NCBI GenBank assembly: GCA_964566135.1
Contig: CAZMHM010000003.1
Span: 15,856 to 79,855, forward strand
Reading direction: 5' to 3'
DNA length: 64,000 nt
DNA from: an uncultured Candidatus Saccharibacteria bacterium
Lineage (GTDB): Bacteria; Patescibacteriota; Saccharimonadia; Saccharimonadales; CAIOMD01
The position numbers were made by a program, and so were the translations under genes. This document shows, in pieces, positions 33,062 through 41,182 of this stretch (its first letter is position 1; each line of letters starts with the position of its first letter). The notes below the pieces were generated by a model. The model was not told the origin of the DNA. It was given only the letters and a program-made list of their open reading frames with translations, and ran no database searches.

Positions 33062-33610
33062 GTGATTATCATCTTAGGCGTCGCTGGCTCAGGCAAAAGT
33101 ACACAAAGCCAGCTTTTGGCAGCCAAAGATGGTTTTGACTGGTTATCGATGGGCGAATTACTACGCAGCGTTATTACTGACGAGCGTCGCGAGCACATGC
33201 TTGCAGGCAAGGTACTAGACGAGTACGAAGTGATAGAAATTTTAGATGCCGAGCTCGCAAAACGCGGCGACAATCCAGAAGTAATCTTAGATGGGTTTCC
33301 ACGCGGACTAAAACAAGCAGACTGGCTTATTGCAGAACGTGCAACAGGGCGCTTTGATATTAGGGCTGTGGTGCATTTGCACGCAAATAAAGACGCAGTA
33401 AAAGAGCGTCTATTAGCGCGTGGTCGCCAAGATGATACCGAAGATGCAATCAAAGAACGCTTCCATGAATACGAGCACACCATAAAGCCGATTATAGAAA
33501 CCTTACATGCAAGTGGTATACCAATCGTACAAGTAAATGCCGAACAAGCCCCCGAACAAGTCTTCGCAGAGCTTGAGGCTGGTATGGCCCAGATAGGAAT
33601 CAACGTATGA
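33062..33610 (+). CDS. adk: Adenylate kinase (short, lid-less type)
   Basis: P-loop GVAGSGKSTQ, DGFPR, LLARGRQDD; GTG start; 182 aa. Confidence 0.9.
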   Translation: MIIILGVAGSGKSTQSQLLAAKDGFDWLSMGELLRSVITDERREHMLAGKVLDEYEVIEILDAELAKRGDNPEVILDGFPRGLKQADWLIAERATGRFDIRAVVHLHANKDAVKERLLARGRQDDTEDAIKERFHEYEHTIKPIIETLHASGIPIVQVNAEQAPEQVFAELEAGMAQIGINV

Positions 33611-34356
33611 TGACAAAAGTTAAAACTCCCGCAGAGCTAAAAGACATGCGCGAAAGTGGCCGTATGTTGGCTACGGTTTTGCAGGTAGTGCAAAAGGCAA
33701 TCGCGCCTGGCATTACAACAAAAGAACTCGACACTATTGCCGCTAAAGAGCTTGAGCGTCTTGGTGGCAAACCAGCATTTCTTGGCTACTATGGGTTTCC
33801 GGGTGTTATTTGTATTTCGCTTAATGATGAAGTTGTTCATGGCATCCCCGGTAAGCAGGTTGTGAAAAATGGCGACATTATTAGTTTTGATTTTGGTGTT
33901 TCATATAACGGTATGATTACCGATGCGGCACGCACAATTTTGGTCGGGCCACATAATAAAGCCAAGCAAAACCTTATAGATGGCACGCTTGAATCGCTAG
34001 ATGCAGGCATTGCTGCCGTAAAAGACGGTGCGCATGTTGGCGATATTAGCGCGCATGTGCAAGCCGTGCTTGATACCTATGGATACGGCATAGTACGTGA
34101 TTTAGTCGGCCATGGTGTTGGCCACGCGCTACACGAAGAACCGAACATTCCAAATTATGGCCGGGCAGGCACTGGGCCAACATTACAGGCAGGTATGACA
34201 ATTGCAATCGAGCCAATGTCGACACTTGGCTCTTATAAGGTATATACCGCCGATGATGGTTGGACAATTGCAACACGCGACGGTAGTTTAGCGGCTCATT
34301 TTGAAGATACAATACTCGTTACCGACAAGGGTGCCGAGATTCTCACACGGCTTTAA
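33607..34356 (+). CDS. map: Methionine aminopeptidase, type I
   Basis: Metal ligands are in context: ...FDFGVSYNGMITDAART, GHGVGHALHEEP, IAIEPM, HFEDT. The start overlaps the adk stop (ATGA). Confidence 0.95.
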   Translation: MMTKVKTPAELKDMRESGRMLATVLQVVQKAIAPGITTKELDTIAAKELERLGGKPAFLGYYGFPGVICISLNDEVVHGIPGKQVVKNGDIISFDFGVSYNGMITDAARTILVGPHNKAKQNLIDGTLESLDAGIAAVKDGAHVGDISAHVQAVLDTYGYGIVRDLVGHGVGHALHEEPNIPNYGRAGTGPTLQAGMTIAIEPMSTLGSYKVYTADDGWTIATRDGSLAAHFEDTILVTDKGAEILTRL

Positions 34357-34404
34357 GCTAAATCTTCTTGCCGTATCAAGAGCACAAGCAGTATACTAGG
34401 GCTT

Positions 34405-35640
34405 ATGCAAAAAGCTCCTTATTTTGTTGGGCTTGATATCGGTACCGCCAACGTTCGTTGCGTGGTCGGAATGCTCGAAACAAACGAAACAGAAAACAAT
34501 CTTTCGGTTATTGGCGTTGGTTCAAGTCAGAACCATGGCATGCGTAAAGGTGCTGTTGTGCACGTCGAAGACGTTGCTGCTGCAATTAGCGAGGCGGTAA
34601 CAGAGGCAGAGCGCATGGCTGGCCTACGTATTAGTGGCGCTACTATCAATGTAAATGGTGCCCATATTGGCGGGCAGGCATCACACGGCGTTGTTGCGAT
34701 TAGTAATCCGAACCGTGTTATTACTGATGACGACAGGGCTCGAGTAGAAGAAGCCGCAACGGTTATTAATCTGCCAGCTAATCGTGAAATTATTCAAGTC
34801 TTTGCCAAGAGTTACCAGATTGATGGCCAAGATAACATTAAAGATCCTGTTGGCATGCAAGGTGTACGCCTTGAAGTTGACACACTAGTTGTCACCGCAG
34901 GTATCCCGCTACTACGCACCTTAGACACTGCGCTAGATAAGGCACAAGTTGGCGTGCATCATCACACGGTTGCAAGCCTAGCTGCTGCCGAGGCAGTGCT
35001 TGATAGGCGCCAAAAAGAATCTGGTACAGCCGTAGTTGATATTGGAGCTGGCACGACGAACATTGTTATTTTAGAAGAAGGTGAAGTAGAGCACGTAGCA
35101 GTTATCCCAATTGGTAGCCAGAATCTGACGAATGACTTAGCTATTGGCCTAAAAACTGATTTAGATATCGCTGACGCAGTTAAGAAAGCACATGCAACGC
35201 TCGACTTTAGCAGTGAGCCTGCAGAGTTTGTGAGCGTAGAGCACGAAGGCAAGCGTTATCAGTATCCCGAAAAGACGGTTCGAATTGTTGTTGAAGCTCG
35301 CATGGAAGAATTGTTTGAACAGATCGACCGAGAATTTAAGAAGGTAGGCAAATCACGCAAGTTACCGGGTGGTGTCGTGCTAGTCGGTGGTGTTGCTAAC
35401 ATGCCGGGCCTGGCCGATTATGCGAAAGAACGCTTACAGTTGCCAGCGAAGATTGGCAAGATTACAGCTGTCGGTGGTTTAGTGGATACTATTAATAGCC
35501 CCGAATATGTGACAAGTGTTGGGCTTATGATGCTCGATATGATTTTAGGCGGTCAACAGCTTGGAAGTGGCACATTGACCTCTGGTGGACAGCTCACATC
35601 TGGATTGTTCACAAAATTTAAGCAAATGTTTGGTCGTTAA
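34405..35640 (+). CDS. ftsA: Cell division protein FtsA
   Basis: Actin-fold motifs GLDIGTANVRCVVG and DIGAGTTNIVI. Lies immediately upstream of ftsZ; 411 aa. Confidence 0.93.
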   Translation: MQKAPYFVGLDIGTANVRCVVGMLETNETENNLSVIGVGSSQNHGMRKGAVVHVEDVAAAISEAVTEAERMAGLRISGATINVNGAHIGGQASHGVVAISNPNRVITDDDRARVEEAATVINLPANREIIQVFAKSYQIDGQDNIKDPVGMQGVRLEVDTLVVTAGIPLLRTLDTALDKAQVGVHHHTVASLAAAEAVLDRRQKESGTAVVDIGAGTTNIVILEEGEVEHVAVIPIGSQNLTNDLAIGLKTDLDIADAVKKAHATLDFSSEPAEFVSVEHEGKRYQYPEKTVRIVVEARMEELFEQIDREFKKVGKSRKLPGGVVLVGGVANMPGLADYAKERLQLPAKIGKITAVGGLVDTINSPEYVTSVGLMMLDMILGGQQLGSGTLTSGGQLTSGLFTKFKQMFGR

Positions 35641-35755
35641 AAAAATCTGAACAGAAATTTGGAACGTCTTAAAAACAGGCTATTTTATTTGAATACTTTT
35701 TAGTACCTATGCGCTATAATAATACCGAAAGTTAACGAGGAAGGTACAGTACGCG

Positions 35756-37087
35756 ATGCCACAAGTGACACCAGAAATTGAAACATTTGCCCGAATTAAA
35801 GTTGTAGGAGTTGGCGGTGCCGGTGGCGCAGCTATTAACCGTATGGTTGAAGCTGGTGTCCAGGGTGTTGAATTTATCGCGGTCAATACTGATGCTCAAG
35901 CGTTGCATCACTCTAAGGCGGAGACAAAAATCCACATTGGTGGCGATTCTACTCGTGGTCTTGGTGCTGGTGCTGACCCAAGCGTAGGCGAAAAAGCCGC
36001 ACAGACCTCTGTTGAAGATATCAAAAAAGCAGTACAAGGCGCCGATATGGTGTTTGTAACCCTTGGTGCCGGTGGTGGCACGGGTAGTGGCGCTGGCCAT
36101 ATAGTGGCGCAAGTTGCTCGTGAATCTGGTGCTCTTGTAGTTGGTTTTGCAACTCGTCCATTTGCGTTCGAAGGCGAAAAGCGTCGCCGTAATTCAGAAT
36201 TCGCTATCGAAAAGCTCCGTAACAATGTAGATACTCTTATTACTGTTCCTAACGATCGTTTGTTGCAAACAATTGACCGTAAGACACCACTACTTGAGGC
36301 TTTTAAAGTTGCTGACGATGTACTGCGTCAAGGTGTACAAGGTATATCTGACCTTATTACTGTGCACGGGCTTATTAACCTCGACTTTGCCGATGTTAAG
36401 GCGGTTATGAGCGAAGCAGGCTCAGCACTGATGGGTATTGGCCGCGCCAGTGGTGATGACCGTGCCGTAGAAGCTGCTCATCAAGCTATCGAGTCACCAC
36501 TACTCGAAGTGTCAATCGACGGTGCTCGGGGTATCCTGTTCAACGTGATTGGTGGTCTTGATATGACCATGCACGAAATCAACGCTGCTGCCGAGGCAAT
36601 CACTGCCGCCGCAGATCCTGACGCTAATATTATCTTTGGTGCAACCATTAACCCAGAGCTCGAGGGCGATATTATCATCACCGTTGTGGCTACTGGTTTT
36701 GATGCTGCGTACTATGCTAACCGCCAAAAACTTCGCTCACCACTGACCGAAGAAACTGTCGCAACTGCTCTCGCATCATCTGATGACGAAGATGAGGGCG
36801 AAGTTGACCCAGATGCGGCTAAGCTTGCCGAAGAAGTAACGGCAGACCCTAAGCCAATGAGTACTACTATTGATGATGAAGATATTAAATCACTCAACCT
36901 TGATCTAGAAGAAAAGAAAGCCGAACCTGCAGCCGACCTAAAAGACGAGACTCCATTGCCAAATATTTGGTCATTTGATTCTGACGATGCAAGCAAAGAC
37001 GAAGACAAATTTGATAAGCCAAGCTTTTTACGCCGCCTAAAGCGCCGCAAAAAAGACGACGAAACAGATACAAAAGATACGTTCTAG
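35756..37087 (+). CDS. ftsZ: Cell division protein FtsZ
   Basis: [17 protein letters not shown], the tubulin signature [14 protein letters not shown], and an acidic/basic C-terminal tail; 443 aa. Confidence 0.97.
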   Translation: MPQVTPEIETFARIKVVGVGGAGGAAINRMVEAGVQGVEFIAVNTDAQALHHSKAETKIHIGGDSTRGLGAGADPSVGEKAAQTSVEDIKKAVQGADMVFVTLGAGGGTGSGAGHIVAQVARESGALVVGFATRPFAFEGEKRRRNSEFAIEKLRNNVDTLITVPNDRLLQTIDRKTPLLEAFKVADDVLRQGVQGISDLITVHGLINLDFADVKAVMSEAGSALMGIGRASGDDRAVEAAHQAIESPLLEVSIDGARGILFNVIGGLDMTMHEINAAAEAITAAADPDANIIFGATINPELEGDIIITVVATGFDAAYYANRQKLRSPLTEETVATALASSDDEDEGEVDPDAAKLAEEVTADPKPMSTTIDDEDIKSLNLDLEEKKAEPAADLKDETPLPNIWSFDSDDASKDEDKFDKPSFLRRLKRRKKDDETDTKDTF

Positions 37088-37124
37088 CAGTTTACGGCTG
37101 TTTAAAAATTACGACATTTTTTTC

Positions 37125-37153
37125 TTGCAAACACCATATAAAGGGTATAGCAT
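37125..37153 (+). promoter_or_regulatory. Putative promoter of nrdR(-nrdJ)
   Basis: TTGCAA - 17 nt - TAGCAT. Confidence 0.5.
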
Positions 37154-37180
37154 AAGACGTATACACACTATATATAGTGA
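37131..37180 (+). promoter_or_regulatory. Two tandem NrdR-box-like palindromes overlapping the nrdR promoter
   Basis: Distal box ACACCATATAAAGGGT (37131-37146; ~12/16 to the published acaCwAtATaTwGtgt consensus). Proximal box ACACTATATATAGTGA (37165-37180; near-perfect palindrome). Centres are 34 bp apart. Confidence 0.55.
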
Positions 37181-37213
37181 TTGCACTTTAGAAAGCAATC
37201 GAGAGGATTACCA

Positions 37214-37684
37214 GTGAAATGCCATCAATGCCAATTCGCAGACACTAAAGTTATTGAGTCGCGTGACGTAGCGGATGGAGAATCAACCAGGCGCAGGCGT
37301 GAATGCCCAGCATGTAATGCTCGGTTTACGACATACGAACGGCTCGAAAGGCCACAGCTGATTATTATTAAGCAGCATGGATCGCGCGAGCTGTTTAGCC
37401 GTACCAAGTTACTTGCCGGTTTGCACCGTGCATGCGAAAAAACGCCAGTAACAAACGTCCAGCTAGAAGCGCTTGTCGCGCGGGTAGAAAACGAGTTGTA
37501 CGGCAGGGGAGAACCCGAAGTTGATTCACGTGAGGTTGGTGAGCTTGTGATGGACGGCCTAGCCGACTTGTCAGAAGTAGCCTACGTACGTTTTGCGAGC
37601 GTATACCGACGATTTAGCGACATTACCGGGTTCGAGTCCGAACTCGCGCAAATACGCGCTAAAAAGTCTCAAAAAGAGTCGTAG
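37214..37684 (+). CDS. nrdR: Transcriptional repressor NrdR
   Basis: Start moved to GTG 37214 (GAGAGGA RBS 6 nt upstream) to give the canonical N-terminus (V)KCHQCQFADTKVIESRD...RRRRECPACNARFTTYE (zinc ribbon) plus an ATP-cone. Confidence 0.93.
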   Translation: MKCHQCQFADTKVIESRDVADGESTRRRRECPACNARFTTYERLERPQLIIIKQHGSRELFSRTKLLAGLHRACEKTPVTNVQLEALVARVENELYGRGEPEVDSREVGELVMDGLADLSEVAYVRFASVYRRFSDITGFESELAQIRAKKSQKES

Positions 37685-37875
37685 TAGTCTAATCGATAGC
37701 ACCATAAGTGTGTTTTGCACAGAAAGCGAGCCCCTCGCAGGGTGGTTCTTTGTGCAGAGCGCGCTTTTTCCAGCAACTAGTACAGATAACCCGAGAGACT
37801 ATCTGTACCCAAAAAGCTGGCGGCGAGCTTTAATAAAAACTTAAAAAATACTAACTAAAAAGTGAGGGTATAAAT

Positions 37876-40647
37876 ATGGCACAAACAACTGCCTTAGGTA
37901 TGAGTCGCTTCTTTACGCGACCAGGTAAAAACGCATACGACCAACTAACGTGGGTCAAACGGGATTCAGTTTTAACGAATCCTATGTCAAACACCCCTGT
38001 TTTTGAACAGCTCGGTGTCGAGTTTCCAGAAGATTGGTCGCTAAACGCAATCAATATTGTGGCGCAGAAATACTTTGCTGGTACGCCAGGTAGTAAAGAC
38101 CGCGAGGGCTCATTAAAAACACTAATAAATCGCATTGTCGATACAATTACACGAGCCGGTTTGCAGGAGTCATATTTTGCCGACGAAAAAGAAGCTGAGA
38201 CATTTAGCGAAGAGCTCAAGTATATACTCGCTACGCAGCGTGCAGCATTTAATTCGCCAGTGTGGTTTAACATTGGCGTGCCAAGTCGTGCACAACAGGC
38301 AAGCGCTTGTTTCATTTTGGGCGTAGAAGATACGATGAGTTCAATTCTTAACTGGTATGTCGAGGAAGGCACAATCTTTAAGGGCGGTTCAGGCTCGGGT
38401 ATTAACCTATCGACTATTCGTTCAAGCGCGGAGCGTCTGAGTGCGAGCGGTGGCAAGGCGAGTGGTCCTGTAAGCTTTATGCGCGGCGCCGATGCAAGTG
38501 CTGGCACCATTAAGAGTGGCGGCAAGACACGACGCGCAGCAAAGATGGTTATTTTGAATGTTGATCACCCAGATATCGAAGAGTTTATTTGGTGTAAAGC
38601 GCACGAAGAAAAGAAAGCCCAAGTGCTTAAAGATGCTGGCTTTGATATGAGTTTTGATGGCAAAGATAACTTTAGTGTGCAGTATCAAAATGCCAATAAC
38701 TCAGTGCGCGTTACTGATGACTTTATGAAGGCTGTAGAAGCTGATGAAGATTGGAATCTCGTTGCCGTTAAGACAGGTGAAGTCGTAAAGACAGTAAAGG
38801 CAAAAGAGCTGTTCCGCCAATTTGCGCAAGCTGCATGGGAATGTGCTGATCCTGGCATGCAGTTTGATACTACGATTAACAAGTGGCATACCTCGCCAAG
38901 TGCGGGCCGCATTAACGGTTCTAACCCTTGTAGCGAATACATGCACCTTGATAATTCTGCGTGTAACCTAGCAAGCATCAACTTGCTTAAGTACTTACGC
39001 GAAGATGGTAGTTTTGATATCGCTGCATTTAAGCACACCGTAGAGATTATCTTTACGGCGCAAGAAATTCTTGTTGGCTACTCAAGCTATCCAACAGAAG
39101 GTATTGGCAAGAATGCTCGCGCATATCGCGAACTTGGTATTGGCTATGCAAACCTTGGTGCGCTATTAATGGCGCAAGGTTTGCCGTACGATTCCGATGA
39201 AGGTCGCGCACAAGCCGCAGCTATTACAGCGCTTATGACGGGCTATTCGTACGCTACAAGCGCAAAGATTGCTAAACGAGTTGGACCATTTGCAGGCTTC
39301 CATAAAGATCGTGATGCAATGCTCAATGTACTACGCATGCACCGTGCAGAAGTCGACAAAGTTGATGCTGGTTTGGTAGCCGAAGAACTACTAAGTGCCG
39401 CTGCAACTGCATGGGATGAAGCAGTCGAACTCGCTGAAGTAAATGGTGTACGCAACAGTCAGGCTAGTGTGCTTGCGCCAACCGGTACTATCGGTCTTAT
39501 GATGGATTGTGATACGACTGGTATCGAGCCAGACCTAGGTCTTGTTAAGGTGAAAAAACTCGTTGGTGGTGGCACGATGAGTATCGTGAACCAAACTGTG
39601 CCACGTGCTTTGCGTGCGCTTGGATACACGAAGTCGCAAGCAGACGACATCATTGCCTACATTGATACCGAAAAGACAATCGTAGGTGCGCCACACCTTA
39701 AAAAGCAACACCTTGCAGTGTTTGCGTGCTCGATGGGTGATAACACGATTCACTATCTTGGTCACGTTAAGATGATGGCAGCCGTGCAACCATTCTTGTC
39801 AGGCGCAATTAGCAAGACCGTTAATATGCCAGAAGAGGCAACCGTTGAGGATGTCGAACAATTACACATCGATGCATGGAAACTGGGTGTAAAGGCAATC
39901 GCCATTTACCGCGATAACTGTAAGGTTTCGCAACCGCTTTCTATGGCTAAAAAAGATGGTGCAGAGGAAGCTCCTAAGGGCGAATCAGCGCTTGCTCCAG
40001 ATACATTTGTCGTACGAGGTGCGGTAAAGCGCGAACTACCTAAGCGCCGCGCTAGCTACACCTATGAGTTCCACGTTGCAGATTCTAAAGGCTTCTTTAC
40101 TGTTGGCGAGTACGAAGATGGTCAACCAGGTGAATTGTTTATTCACGTTGCCAAGCAAGGCTCAACGCTATCTGGTTTAATGGATTCATTCGCTATATCT
40201 GTTAGTCACGGTTTGCAGTACGGAGTGCCATTAAAGAGCTATGCAAAGACGATGATGAGTCGTAGCTATGCTCCATCTGGTATGACGGATGACCCAGAAA
40301 TCCGTACGGCTAGCTCAATCACAGACTACATCTTTAGGCGTCTTGCACTCGATTATCTATCGTTTGATGATAGGTTAGAAATTGGATTGGCAAGTATAGA
40401 CGATATGCCAACAGATGAGCAAACATCACTACTTGATGTTGTCGTCGAAGAGCCAGCTCCAGTAGTAGAACCTGTTGCAGAAAAGCCAGCTCCTAAGGCT
40501 GCTGAGGCGCCTGCGCCAAAAGTAACTGCAAAGGCGGTTGCAAAAGATAGCGCCGCACCGTTATGCTATAACTGTGGCAATCAAACCCAACGTTCAGGCA
40601 GTTGTTATGTCTGTACATCATGTGGTTCGACGACAGGCTGTAGCTAA
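37876..40647 (+). CDS. nrdJ: Class II (adenosylcobalamin-dependent) ribonucleotide reductase
   Basis: 923 aa. Active-site finger-loop GSNPCSEYMHLDNSACNLASINL. Long single-chain enzyme directly after nrdR. Cys-rich C-terminal tail CYNCGNQTQRSGSCYVCTSCGSTTGC, of the zinc-finger type described for many class II RNRs. Confidence 0.93.
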   Translation: MAQTTALGMSRFFTRPGKNAYDQLTWVKRDSVLTNPMSNTPVFEQLGVEFPEDWSLNAINIVAQKYFAGTPGSKDREGSLKTLINRIVDTITRAGLQESYFADEKEAETFSEELKYILATQRAAFNSPVWFNIGVPSRAQQASACFILGVEDTMSSILNWYVEEGTIFKGGSGSGINLSTIRSSAERLSASGGKASGPVSFMRGADASAGTIKSGGKTRRAAKMVILNVDHPDIEEFIWCKAHEEKKAQVLKDAGFDMSFDGKDNFSVQYQNANNSVRVTDDFMKAVEADEDWNLVAVKTGEVVKTVKAKELFRQFAQAAWECADPGMQFDTTINKWHTSPSAGRINGSNPCSEYMHLDNSACNLASINLLKYLREDGSFDIAAFKHTVEIIFTAQEILVGYSSYPTEGIGKNARAYRELGIGYANLGALLMAQGLPYDSDEGRAQAAAITALMTGYSYATSAKIAKRVGPFAGFHKDRDAMLNVLRMHRAEVDKVDAGLVAEELLSAAATAWDEAVELAEVNGVRNSQASVLAPTGTIGLMMDCDTTGIEPDLGLVKVKKLVGGGTMSIVNQTVPRALRALGYTKSQADDIIAYIDTEKTIVGAPHLKKQHLAVFACSMGDNTIHYLGHVKMMAAVQPFLSGAISKTVNMPEEATVEDVEQLHIDAWKLGVKAIAIYRDNCKVSQPLSMAKKDGAEEAPKGESALAPDTFVVRGAVKRELPKRRASYTYEFHVADSKGFFTVGEYEDGQPGELFIHVAKQGSTLSGLMDSFAISVSHGLQYGVPLKSYAKTMMSRSYAPSGMTDDPEIRTASSITDYIFRRLALDYLSFDDRLEIGLASIDDMPTDEQTSLLDVVVEEPAPVVEPVAEKPAPKAAEAPAPKVTAKAVAKDSAAPLCYNCGNQTQRSGSCYVCTSCGSTTGCS

Positions 40648-40671
40648 AGTAATCAAGGGTGGTGATACGTG

Positions 40672-40935
40672 ATGAAAGTGGCGGTTCTTTACCGTAGTCA
40701 ATCAGAGCAAGAGCGTTCAGTGCTCGACTTTGAGCGCGACTATAGTCGGCAAACGGGCCGCCAACTTTCGCTATTTGACCTTAATACTCGTGAAGGCGCA
40801 ACGCTTGCAACTCTTTATGATGTTGTCCAATACCCGGCAGTACTTGCTATGGGCAACGACGGGCAATTATTGCAAATGTGGCAGGGCGAAAACTTGCCGC
40901 TCATGAACGAAGTCATGTACTACGACCGCGATTAG
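40672..40935 (+). CDS. Small thioredoxin-fold-like protein lacking the CxxC motif
   Basis: 87 aa from ATG 40672 (GGTGGTGA RBS 6 nt upstream). KVAVLYRSQSEQERSVLDF...YDVVQYPAVLAMGNDGQLL resembles a Trx/Grx beta-alpha-beta layout with cis-Pro (YP), but SQSE replaces CxxC. Confidence 0.65.
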   Translation: MKVAVLYRSQSEQERSVLDFERDYSRQTGRQLSLFDLNTREGATLATLYDVVQYPAVLAMGNDGQLLQMWQGENLPLMNEVMYYDRD

Positions 40936-40970
40936 TTGTTTTTTACAAATAACAGGGGTATAGTAGTAAT

Positions 40971-41163
40971 ACAATTTAGCGAGATACATTTTGCTTAGTG
41001 CAAATAAGTGACTATCAATCACGAAGTATTGCGAAGAACGGGCATATCCCTACTAGAACGCAACGTTATGCAGCTCACGTTAGAGCAATAAATAAGTGAC
41101 CAATACCACTGGTAAGTCGGATGGTACCTCCCATTATGGGATCCGACAACGCCGGTGGTTTTT
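40971..41163 (+). promoter_or_regulatory. T-box-like leader upstream of ileS (candidate tRNA-Ile-sensing riboswitch, non-canonical)
   Basis: GUCGGA-UGGUACC-UCCCA-uua-UGGGA-UCCGAC (41116-41147) reproduces the antiterminator architecture: helix A1, 7-nt UGGNACC bulge, helix A2. An AUC-A triplet sits in a small loop at 41014-41017, and a U5-tailed hairpin lies directly before the ileS RBS. A possible promoter TTGTTT-17-TATAGT sits at 40936-40964. Stem I elements could not be identified by eye. Confidence 0.4.
41106..41163 (+). terminator. Intrinsic terminator/attenuator in the ileS leader
   Basis: CCACTGG..GTCGGAT...ATCCGAC..CCGGTGG followed by TTTTT (41159-41163), 20 nt before the ileS ATG. 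Confidence 0.7.
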
Positions 41164-41182
41164 ATATTAAAGAAAGGCAACC

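Noticed and set aside
32713-33603. A 296-aa minus-strand ORF opposite yqeY/adk, and a 224-aa minus-strand ORF at 37851-38525 opposite nrdJ.
   Set aside because: They are antisense to genes with unmistakable conserved motifs. Their translations are S/A/R-rich with no motifs, so they are spurious.
35689-35720. A full sigma70 promoter for ftsZ (TTGAAT ... TATAAT).
   Set aside because: The -10 TATAAT (35715-35720) is good, but the only -35-like hexamer is 20 nt away. It is not reported as a feature; ftsZ may be co-transcribed with ftsA.
37181-37213. The 11-codon N-terminal extension of nrdR in the ORF track (MHFRKQSRGLP).
   Set aside because: It overlaps the NrdR box. The canonical NrdR N-terminus (x-C-x2-C zinc ribbon at residues 3-6) and a GAGAGGA RBS support the GTG at 37214.
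37685-37875. A possible cobalamin riboswitch or second NrdR operator in the nrdR-nrdJ spacer.
   Set aside because: There is no B12-box or GGGAA/GCCACUG-type core. CACCATAAGTGTG at ~37706 matches the NrdR palindrome poorly. A B12 riboswitch in front of a B12-dependent RNR would also be functionally unexpected. Only generic hairpins are present.
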